A stretch of DNA of 64,000 nt from the IMG/VR virus record IMGVR_UViG_3300008516_000159; one strand, written 5' to 3'. The notes under the pieces are model-generated. The model worked only from the letters and a program-made list of their open reading frames with translations. It did no database searches and was not told where the DNA came from. Below, one piece after another: positions 26,749 through 35,339 of this stretch (the first letter of the stretch is position 1; each line of letters starts with the position of its first letter). A program made the position numbers and the translations under genes. This stretch comes from a virus.

Positions 26749-27354
26749 CTACTCATTGTTGTTTTTATCTATTGTCAGATTTTCTTGATCTGTTGTTATT
26801 AAGCTTTCTGTTTCTACTTCTGGCTCTGGCTCCTCTTTTATTATTTCTCTCAATACCCAGTCACCAGTTAATTGCCGGTGTATTTTTATGGATACCTTAT
26901 ACTCGAACCAATTTAGAACAATTTCTTGATATACCATACCCGATTGAGAAATAATATTCTCTTCTGTTTTGTCAGGCAAGCCATACTCTTCCATATAAAG
27001 ATCCACTGACTCTCCTAAAGATTTGCCAGTTAACTTCCTATGAAATTCTATACTAAGATTTTGTTTTTCCCATTCTAAAACAACTGACTGATAAAGTATA
27101 CCTGCGCGCGAAATAATATTTTCTTTAGCGCTATCTGGTAACCCATACTCATCTATGTAGTCTTCAACTAAGTCATTCAATACGTTAGTCTTGATGGCCC
27201 CGCCTTCCATCCGCACCACGATACCTTCACTAACATCGGCGGCTTCTTTCGACACTTCAGGCACTTCAGACCTTTCAGCTGTTCCGCCAGCATAAAGGCT
27301 TGAGAAGGCAAACAGCATTGAAGCTACTATAAAACATACTTTAACAAACTTCAT
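26749..27354 (-). CDS. Secreted protein with internal tandem repeat
   Basis: Signal peptide ending LYAGGTAE; two copies of EYGLPD...ENIIS..G..YQ..VL.W. Confidence 0.7.
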   Translation of the reverse strand: MKFVKVCFIVASMLFAFSSLYAGGTAERSEVPEVSKEAADVSEGIVVRMEGGAIKTNVLNDLVEDYIDEYGLPDSAKENIISRAGILYQSVVLEWEKQNLSIEFHRKLTGKSLGESVDLYMEEYGLPDKTEENIISQSGMVYQEIVLNWFEYKVSIKIHRQLTGDWVLREIIKEEPEPEVETESLITTDQENLTIDKNNNE

Positions 27355-27392
27355 TTTTTTTGTTTCCTCTTTCTTTTGTCGTATATTCCATG

Positions 27393-27465
27393 AGCCGGCG
27401 ACAGGATTCGAACCTGCATCATCCTCATTACAAGTGAGGCGCTCAACCATTGAAGCTACACCGGC
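27393..27465 (-). tRNA. tRNA-Thr(UGU)
   Basis: CCTCA-CTTGTAA-TGAGG. Confidence 0.9.
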
Positions 27466-27643
27466 TAATCCAACACCTCTAAAATATCAATATTACCAAC
27501 CCACTCGCCTTTGTTCATTTCAACGACAATCATGTCCGTGTTAGGAATTTGGCGCACCTTTTCAACCTTGCCCCTTATACTGTGTCCGAATGCGCTTTTG
27601 TGTTCAACCGTTTTACCGACCAGCTTGCGAGCCTCTTCTAATG

Positions 27644-28006
27644 TCATTCCTCTTCATACCTTTCTGGATTTTCACTAATAGTCACAACCAATTCATTACC
27701 ATCAGTGCTGAACATGTAATATGTCTCGCCGAATTCAGGTTCTATTCTTATATTCAAAGGCTCTTCTGTCTCGTCTAAAGCTCTTAATACAAAAGTAGAA
27801 TGAGGTCCGTATTGAGTAAGATTGTGTGTCACAAAATCATAGGGACCCGTGCTGCTATGCGTGCTATATATAAAACCGGCGACTGTTATTTCACCACACA
27901 TTAACTCCCATCGTCCACTATAACTTACCTGGACTTTGTAGCATTGCGCGAACAGCGGCACGCCAATCAAAAGAAAAATCAATGTAAGAAAAATCAGCTT
28001 TTTCAA
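27644..28006 (-). CDS. Secreted hypothetical protein
   Basis: Signal peptide MKKLIFLTLIFLLIGVPLFA. Confidence 0.6.
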   Translation of the reverse strand: MKKLIFLTLIFLLIGVPLFAQCYKVQVSYSGRWELMCGEITVAGFIYSTHSSTGPYDFVTHNLTQYGPHSTFVLRALDETEEPLNIRIEPEFGETYYMFSTDGNELVVTISENPERYEEE

Positions 28007-28030
28007 AAAACCTCCTATATATAAAATCGA

Positions 28031-28292
28031 AAAGCAGGTGGGCGTCCAACGGATTATCCTCTTAACGCATTATAATCGGCCATAAGATCAAATAAATCTA
28101 ATCTTTTAATTTTGATTTACTGGTCCTATTATCCATTAATTTTAACGCGGCGTAATGAGAGGTATTTCACCTACTCGCATTTTTCTAGTTACCGCGGCGG
28201 TCTATTCCCATCGCTGTCACTAATGGCCTAGTCTGTCTTTCCAGATTGTCAGCGCGTATCCCTCCTGTTTAAGTTTTAGCGGGACCTGCTCT
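28031..28292 (-). ncRNA. Candidate ~260-nt structured RNA, unknown family
   Basis: Closing stem AGAGCAGGT/ACCTGCTTT; GGCCAT/ATGGCC; CGCGG/CCGCG; hairpin TCTG-GAAAGA-CAGA; boxA-like GTTCTTTGAAA upstream. Confidence 0.62.
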
Positions 28293-28324
28293 CCAATTTC
28301 AAAGAACAAATTTGTGCTATTCTT

Positions 28325-28411
28325 CTGTCCCGGCTGGATTCGAACCAGCGTTCACCTTGTAAGGGCCTTTGATTTAACGGACCAACGCTCTACCAGCTGA
28401 GCTACGGGACA
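28325..28411 (-). tRNA. Atypical tRNA-Asn(GUU), C33, long variable region
   Basis: TTGGT-CCGTTAA-ATCAA; ~19-nt variable region. Confidence 0.72.
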
Positions 28412-28919
28412 TCAACCAGGTTAATCACTGTCATCTAGCATATTCTTTACTGCCTGACTCACAGGGTTTCTTTCGTCTACCAGATCGTGTATATTAATCG
28501 GCGTACCATATTTATCAGTCAACGATTTATATTCCGCGACAAATACCCCATCTTTGATTACGACTGCGCCGCCATAATCTAGATATATACCGTCTGGAAT
28601 AAAGACCTTGTCGCCTATTTTATAAGCATTAAGCTCACATGGGCCAACTTTGAGCTGACAATCTCCATAACAATCATACACTCCCACTACTCTACCTCCT
28701 TCGGTAAATCCAGGGTTCCCAAGAGTTTTTGGGCAACAACTCGCGAGATTTGGACCTTACAATGAGGATTTTTCCATTTCTCATCCCTTTTCAAATCAAT
28801 AGCCCCTGGATAATCCGGTGAATATCCATTAGCCATAACTTCTAGGCATTTTGGATCTATTCTTAACTCTGATAATAAATCAAAAACGGCATTTTGTAAA
28901 GCATTATAATCTTTCATAT

Positions 28920-29132
28920 TTACCCCCATACAACATCAAACTTCCTTTTACCATCATCAAGTTGCCAATCTTTACAGTATGACAAATCGTTTATTATTAA
29001 AGACTCCAATGGTCCCTTGCCCTTGTCGACCAAAAGGAGACAATAGCCATTTGATGTCTTAAAATTACAAGTTCTGCAAAATTTGTTGGCCAATAATCTT
29101 TTAGCCAGCAAAAATTTCTTTTTCTTTCTCAT
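28920..29132 (-). CDS. AKxLL-CxxC microprotein
   Basis: KKFLLAKRLLANKFCRTC...CKDW. Confidence 0.72.
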   Translation of the reverse strand: MRKKKKFLLAKRLLANKFCRTCNFKTSNGYCLLLVDKGKGPLESLIINDLSYCKDWQLDDGKRKFDVVWG

Positions 29133-29403
29133 TCTGCCGCCACCAGGTGTGCCGTCTCGCGCGCCAGCGGGGAGATAGAGTTCGCGCGATGAACTGCTGG
29201 ATGCGGCCGCAGGCCGGTACCCATCGCTCACAATATTTGATCCTGCTAATATCACTACGCCTCACGGTATTTATCTTAAATACGGAACCATGCCCTGTTA
29301 TTCTTAACCAACAATAACCGTTTGATGACGCGTAATCGCAGTTTTGACATCCTCGATTAAGCAGAGCGCCCTTTGCCAGTACTTTCTTTTTCGATTTATT
29401 CAA
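29101..29403 (-). CDS. AKxLL-CxxC microprotein
   Basis: KKKVLAKGALLNRGCQNC...CERW. Confidence 0.68.
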   Translation of the reverse strand: MNKSKKKVLAKGALLNRGCQNCDYASSNGYCWLRITGHGSVFKINTVRRSDISRIKYCERWVPACGRIQQFIARTLSPRWRARRHTWWRQNEKEKEIFAG

Positions 29404-30083
29404 CTGACCCCTCTTGCGAAATCAATGGCCATTTGTTTGGCATCTTCCATGGTCTTGGCCTTCCACTCGCCGCGGCCCCACGCAGGATACGTAGTGAATA
29501 TATCATGATTTATTGTCCCACCATCATCTTGTACAGTTGTAAATGTCAACCGCATTCCTTTTTCATTAGTATATTTGTCCAGATGATCCAACTCATATTT
29601 GATATTGGTATCATCGTCGTCGGTATAAAAGTTAACAGTATCCTCAACGAACTCTTGTTTGTTGCGAGGAGTAAAGCCGCAACTGCCTTTTACAACCTTG
29701 CTGCCGATGGTGAATCCGTATATGGCTCTGTGCGACCAGCCATACCATTTATTTTCTTCTTCACAAAAACCAATCGAGCAAGGCCGCATAGTTTCATCTT
29801 CACCCTCTTTTAAAAGTCGCTTGGCTTTCACAGCTTTCGGCAGCTCTTTCCTTTGGATTTTTTCCGGCTTTATACCACGTTTGGCGCAAATATAATATCC
29901 AATTTTCTTGTCTCCAATATACCAACCGTCGGGCCAGGTAAAAGCCGTACACATATCAAAATCTTGACAGCCATACGTAGCGCCATAGACGGTGTAGTAT
30001 GCTAATTGATAACCATGGTTCTTGTACCTAATAACCTTGTTTATCTGTTTTACGTCTTTGCCGTACCTTTCTATATCTAACAT
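29400..30083 (-). CDS. Hypothetical phage protein with internal AKxLL motif
   Basis: KAVKAKRLLKEG precedes CSIGFCEEENKWYGWSHRAIYGF. Confidence 0.7.
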   Translation of the reverse strand: MLDIERYGKDVKQINKVIRYKNHGYQLAYYTVYGATYGCQDFDMCTAFTWPDGWYIGDKKIGYYICAKRGIKPEKIQRKELPKAVKAKRLLKEGEDETMRPCSIGFCEEENKWYGWSHRAIYGFTIGSKVVKGSCGFTPRNKQEFVEDTVNFYTDDDDTNIKYELDHLDKYTNEKGMRLTFTTVQDDGGTINHDIFTTYPAWGRGEWKAKTMEDAKQMAIDFARGVS

Positions 30084-30095
30084 ATTAATTCCATT

Positions 30096-30170
30096 CGGAG
30101 ACGAAGGGATTCGAACCCTTAACCTTTTGATAGACAGTCAATTGTTCTAGCCAATTAGAACTACGCCTCC
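30096..30170 (-). tRNA. tRNA-Asp(GUC)
   Basis: TTGA-CTGTCTA-TCAA. Confidence 0.88.
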
Positions 30171-30576
30171 TGGTTTTCTTCTATACCGACTTTAGTGGCT
30201 CATCGTTTGTCGAAGCCGCTTCTGGTTTATAAACTTCCCATGACTTCCCGATTTTTATTTCTGGAGTCAAACCCTTTTCCGTTAGTTCATCGAAAAGATT
30301 CTTTCGAGCGACCTGAGCATCTTCGGTAGCATCAACAGCCTCTTTGAAAAGACAAGCATCGTGCCTTGGTATTTCTATTTCCTTGGCGTCCTTTTCGTCA
30401 ACCCTTGGCTTATCTGAATGAAACATCCCGGCGGCATCGTTTACGCATATATCAAACTCCGGTAACCACAGCTCCCAGATTTGGTGTTCAAAACAACTAT
30501 GAGCGATCACCGCACCGGGATTAACAGTAATCTTATACAGCAAAGCCTTCATAGGGACACTCCTGCTATTTATATG

Positions 30577-30648
30577 AGCGGCCAACGGGACTCGGACCCG
30601 TGTTTTCACCTTGGCAAGGTGGTGTAATAGCCCCTATACGATGGCCGC
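30577..30648 (-). tRNA. tRNA-Gly(GCC)
   Basis: CACC-TTGCCAA-GGTG; T loop TCCGAGT. Confidence 0.86.
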
Positions 30649-30719
30649 TAAATAAATACTGCCTCTGGTTCTTCCAACAGCGGCATTTTATTGTTTGTCG
30701 TCAAGATTATATATGCTAT

Positions 30720-30791
30720 TGCCTCAGACCGGATTTGAACCGGTATACTCTTCCGTATGAAAGAAGCGCTAAGCCATTTAGCTACTGAGGC
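30720..30791 (-). tRNA. tRNA-Met(CAU), elongator or Ile2
   Basis: CTTCT-TTCATAC-GGAAG. Confidence 0.85.
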
Positions 30792-31382
30792 TTAAAGATA
30801 ATTCAAATCCGTTAGAATGCGCTTGAAATAATTAAGCTTTACGTCTTCGTAAGCCAAAAACTCCCAATCGATAGTCAATATTTTTACACAGTACCGATCA
30901 GAATAAGCTTTGTAAAAGATCTCGTAATATTGTACATCCGGCCTATTCAATCTATAAACAAGCCCTATATAAATTTCTTTTTTTACTCTTTCATTGGCCT
31001 TGCGACAACAATCAAGAAAGCTATCTCCCGGACTACTTAGTATTCCTAAAAGAATAACGGTTGCGATTATAGAAAAGATGATCCTTTTCATTTACGGAGC
31101 CTTTGTACTACATCGAATATTTTGTTCAATACTTCATTCTCAAAAACTCTGTCGTCTTTTATGAATGTATCCCCACATAAATCCCAGTCCATCTCGTGTT
31201 CCATCTCACGCAAGATATCGCCCAGCTCTAACAACATATTTGACAGTTCCGGAAACCGATCTTTAACATACGGATCCCTAGCGATATTGTCTAGATCATC
31301 CTCAAGCCTGGCTCCAGAATAACCGAAATGTCCACCACTCATCTTAACTCGATCCTTTCTTGTTAGCAAAATCTAATTTCAT

Positions 31383-31454
31383 TAGCGGGGACAGGACTCG
31401 AACCTGTGACCTTTGGGTTATGAGCCCAACAAGCTGCCTCTGCTCCACCCCGCA
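31383..31454 (-). tRNA. Initiator tRNA-fMet(CAU)
   Basis: 1:72 mismatch; three G-C pairs in TTGGG-CTCATAA-CCCAA. Confidence 0.88.
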
Positions 31455-31463
31455 TCGTTTACT

Positions 31464-32219
31464 CTATCTATAAAGAGTAAGTATATCGGGTTCACCATCT
31501 CGCACCAATATGGTGTGTTCAAAATGGGCTGATGGTGTGCCGTCCTTTGTGACAACCGTCCACTTGTCGTCGCTGACATACACTTCATACCCACCAACAT
31601 TCACCATTGGTTCAATGGCGAGTGTCATCCCTGCGCGCAAACGCGGCCCTTTGCCCGGTACTGGTGCTTTAAAGTTGGGTATGCGAGGCTCCTCGTGCAA
31701 TCTCTTACCAACACCATGCCCAACAAAATCGCGAACTATTGAAAATCCATCACCTTCCACCACGTTTTGAACAGCCCGAGATATATCGGCCACATGATTG
31801 TGGTGAACCGCTTTTTCTATTCCCGCATAAAGAGCACGCTCTGTCGTTTCCAGAAGCTTTCTCTTTACCTCTGATATGCGACCGACAGGGATAGTAACGG
31901 CTGCATCACCAAAATACCCGGCCGTGTTCACTCCCACGTCAACACTCAGTATATCGCCTTCTTGCAGCCTGTACACACCCGGTATGCCATGAATAACCTC
32001 TTCGTTGATCGACGAACAGATTGTAGCCGGGAACCCTTTGTAATTCTTAAAGGCCGGTATTGCACCACGTTTCTCTATAAACGCTTCCGCCTTTTTATCT
32101 AGCCATTCCGTGGTAACGCCGATTTTTACAATCTCTCTCAAATACTCAAGCAGTTCGGCAATGATCCTGCAGGACTGTCTGATATACTTAAGCTCTGTCT
32201 CGTTCTTCAACTCGTGCAT
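31464..32219 (-). CDS. map: Methionine aminopeptidase type I
   Basis: CSSINEEVIHGIP, DVG...YFGDAA, GHGVG..LHEEP, AIEPM, SAHFEHT; start trimmed to avoid the tRNA. Confidence 0.95.
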   Translation of the reverse strand: MHELKNETELKYIRQSCRIIAELLEYLREIVKIGVTTEWLDKKAEAFIEKRGAIPAFKNYKGFPATICSSINEEVIHGIPGVYRLQEGDILSVDVGVNTAGYFGDAAVTIPVGRISEVKRKLLETTERALYAGIEKAVHHNHVADISRAVQNVVEGDGFSIVRDFVGHGVGKRLHEEPRIPNFKAPVPGKGPRLRAGMTLAIEPMVNVGGYEVYVSDDKWTVVTKDGTPSAHFEHTILVRDGEPDILTLYR

Positions 32220-32252
32220 CCTGCTCTGTATATATGCTTCGCGAAAATTAAT

Positions 32253-32324
32253 TAGCCCGTAGGGGAATCGAACCCCTATCATCAGGTTGAAGGCCTGGCG
32301 AACTGACCATTATTCGAACGGGCC
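32253..32324 (-). tRNA. tRNA-Glu(UUC), C33
   Basis: CAGG-CCTTCAA-CCTG. Confidence 0.88.
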
Positions 32325-33056
32325 TTATGCGTATTTCAACAAAATCTTTACTACTTCTTTTCTATTCGACACATTGCGAGATGGAATAAGACAATATCTA
32401 TCCTTGAATACTTCTATTTCGCAGGATCTTGGATTATACTGGAAAACCAGATCCATACCCCAGGTAGTAAACGTACCCTCTTTTCCAAAATATTCTATTT
32501 CTCCATTTGGATATATTCCGATTATCATAACCTAAACATGACGACCAAAGGTTGTGCTTTCGTCAGTACACTCCATTAAAAACGTATCGCCTATTTGCGG
32601 GCCGTTGTGTCATTTTTCTTTCTCAAATATATTTGTCACCAAATGTTTCTTAAATACATCTGGTACAGTTGTTGTTGCCGATTCGACGTGTACGCCTTCT
32701 AGCACTATGTCCTTGTCGCGATATATGTCCCACCCGAATCTATATGGGTCATCCTCATCTTCCTGAAAATATATGAAATCACCGCGGGCCTTCCAAACAT
32801 CCCAGAGTCCATCTTTAGCTTGGTGCTTGCGATTTATTTTCATCAAATACTGCTCTACAACATCTTGTTGACGATTAGGGTACGCGATATATATGGCGCT
32901 TCCTGGCTTTAATTTTCCAAAGGCCTCTTGTGTCATTTTTTGTTACCCCAGATTTATTATGACATATTCAGATACAGACAGTACTATCTTTTCAAATCCA
33001 TGTATAACGCCAACTGCGTGGCACAAATTGCCGAGCTCCTGGCGCGCCCGTGACTA

Positions 33057-33251
33057 TCATATTTTATCTTCCAAAAGATACTTAGCAGTAGCTTTTTTCC
33101 GGGCTCTCGCTTCAGCCGCAACATGAAGATCGTGATCTAAACCGGCTATTTCATCGCCCAAGTTGTCCCAAAAATAAAGAGGGTCCACCTCGGCCTCAAT
33201 AACATATTCCTCACCGGCATATTCAACTTCCATATAAACCTTTGCTTTCAT
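33057..33251 (-). CDS. Small protein with C-terminal AKxLL motif
   Basis: Ends RKKATAKYLLEDKI. Confidence 0.65.
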   Translation of the reverse strand: MKAKVYMEVEYAGEEYVIEAEVDPLYFWDNLGDEIAGLDHDLHVAAEARARKKATAKYLLEDKI

Positions 33252-33263
33252 AATAACCTTCTT

Positions 33264-33335
33264 TAGCCCCGATGAGAATTGAACTCACGTCTCGAGATTG
33301 AGAATCTCGTGGCCTTACCACTAGCCGACAGGGCC
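33264..33335 (-). tRNA. tRNA-Glu(CUC)
   Basis: CGAGA-TTCTCAA-TCTCG. Confidence 0.9.
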
Positions 33336-33562
33336 TAACAATCTTCTGCGCCTTGATTTTCCAGAAGAGCCTCTTTAGCGCGAAATCTCCTGTCTACCCG
33401 CCACTCTTCTTTGAGCCTGGAAAAAAGGTCCTTGGTGTCATTGCCATATATACCAGCACAATAGTAAACACCGCTGTCAACGTATCTGGCGTTTTCTTCA
33501 AAGAACTCGAACAGTGCTTTTTCGTCTGGAATGTTCCAGAGACTATTGCGAAAACCTCTCAT
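33335..33562 (-). CDS. Small protein with C-terminal AKxLL-like motif
   Basis: RRFRAKEALLENQ; internal ATG with SD downstream of a promoter. Confidence 0.62.
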   Translation of the reverse strand: MRGFRNSLWNIPDEKALFEFFEENARYVDSGVYYCAGIYGNDTKDLFSRLKEEWRVDRRFRAKEALLENQGAEDC

Positions 33563-33581
33563 ATTTTTCTTCCTTATTACT

Positions 33582-33610
33582 ATTATATATGTCAAAGAGC
33601 ATATTGTAAA
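33582..33610 (-). promoter_or_regulatory. Sigma70-type promoter overlapping GACATATATAAT motif
   Basis: TTTACA-N17-TATAAT. Confidence 0.72.
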
Positions 33611-33632
33611 GTCCTTTATTCAACAACAAGCG

Positions 33633-33691
33633 AAAAAAAATCCCTCATCAACTGATGAGGGAGTATAAGTCACAAGCGTATTACTCCCTCA
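33633..33691 (-). terminator. Terminator with mutually exclusive antiterminator hairpin
   Basis: CCCTCATC-AGTT-GATGAGGG-A-T8; upstream TGAGGGAGTA pairs with TACTCCCTCA. Confidence 0.65.
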
Positions 33692-34213
33692 CATATCATC
33701 ACCTTCCTCATTGGTATTCATCGTTGTGAGAGATAAAAATTGCATTTTCTGTTGTTCTATCCTTTGCCTTTATGTATGTCTTATCTTGGTAACTTTCGGC
33801 TAAAACATTAAGAATTATTCGCCTTCATAGAGTTCCTTGAATCTGGCGTACTTGGCAACCCCATACTTGGCGATCATGAGCTCGCGGCAACCTTTGAGCT
33901 TAAAAAGCCTGATTGTATGCATGTGCTGATGATTGTCATATGTTGTAAGATCTATAGTTACGGCGCGAACATGGCTATTCATAATCAGCGTGGTAGGAGG
34001 ACCTGGTGAGTGTTTTTCTATGTACTTTTCGTCTGTATAATCAGTTACAAACTTTACACAAAGCTTGCGGATTTTATCAATAAGTGTTTTGAGATCGTCT
34101 TCTACCCACAAGTACGGCTGCAAATGGATCATACCTGTGCTAGACTCTCCGCCGGAGTGTCGTGTGTGAACGTTAGCTGACCATATATATATTGTCATGT
34201 TTTTATATATGCC

Positions 34214-35062
34214 CTAACTGTAAATTAAAACCTCAGAAACCTTGGGTCTTCTGTTTTTATTAGGGCCCATGATATATTGGTGGTCCACTATAGTGTGATC
34301 GAAGTCTTTGTATATTTTGAGCAGCTTCTTGTTCTTTTTACCTTTGTATAGATATATATTACTCAATATGAACTTGGCGCCACGATCGTGAGCTTTGAAG
34401 ATTTCTTCGTGCAACAATCGCTCTCGTTCTTCATCCCAGACAAAACCACAATATCGATTATAGTCAGTACTTAGATATGGAGGATCTGCATATATAATAT
34501 CACCTTTGCCAGCCATTCGGATAGTATCCTCGAAAGAACAAACATCAAAGAGTTTTTTGCCTTCGTTCAATATCCTACTGGCCTCCATTATTACTTTGCC
34601 GTATTCTTCTGTGTAAACGCAACCATTGGTTTTCTTGGAACCGCGTTTGCCCCATGGAACATTCCAACAATTGTCTTTGTTGAACCTGATAAGACCGTTG
34701 AAACCAGAACGAACCAAAAATATAAACAGGGCGGCTCTATCTACCGTCGGCATTTCTCCTTTTTCGCTATTATATTCTTCTCTGGCTATATAATAAAACT
34801 CTCCTCCACGCGTCCACAACATAGCTGTATACTTGCGAAGCTGCTCTTTTATTCCTTTTGGATCGTCCTTTATGGCTTCCATTACCATGGGAGATTCTGG
34901 TATTATATCTGAACAAAACGCTTGCTTAGGGTTGACATTCAAAAGAACGACACCGGAACCCAAAAATGGCTCATAATAACAGTTATATTCTTGCGGCATC
35001 AAATCCAGAATATGTTTCACCAGCTTTGCTTTGGATCCAGTCCATTTGAGGGGAGATCTCAT
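34214..35062 (-). CDS. dam: DNA adenine methyltransferase (D12 class)
   Basis: SPLKWTGSK, YYEPFLGSG, FNGLIRFN, IYADPPY. Confidence 0.93.
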   Translation of the reverse strand: MRSPLKWTGSKAKLVKHILDLMPQEYNCYYEPFLGSGVVLLNVNPKQAFCSDIIPESPMVMEAIKDDPKGIKEQLRKYTAMLWTRGGEFYYIAREEYNSEKGEMPTVDRAALFIFLVRSGFNGLIRFNKDNCWNVPWGKRGSKKTNGCVYTEEYGKVIMEASRILNEGKKLFDVCSFEDTIRMAGKGDIIYADPPYLSTDYNRYCGFVWDEERERLLHEEIFKAHDRGAKFILSNIYLYKGKKNKKLLKIYKDFDHTIVDHQYIMGPNKNRRPKVSEVLIYS

Positions 35063-35339
35063 TTAGTAAGCTCTTTTTTTGCCACTTCTCTTTTTATAAG
35101 TTTCTTCATATTAACCGACTTTCTGTTTGAGCAGATGGTACAGGCGAACGGTATGTTCATTCCGTGAATAGAAATAACAACCTTGGCTGTGTTACTAACC
35201 AACTTTTCTATGGTGTTCGATCCGAAGTTGCTTAGCCTGGTCTTGTAAGATCTCCACGCGTCAGGCTCGCTATAACAGTCAGGGTGTTCCGGACAATCGA
35301 CATGTTCGCAAAAGTCTTTTATATAATCCATTTGTTCTT

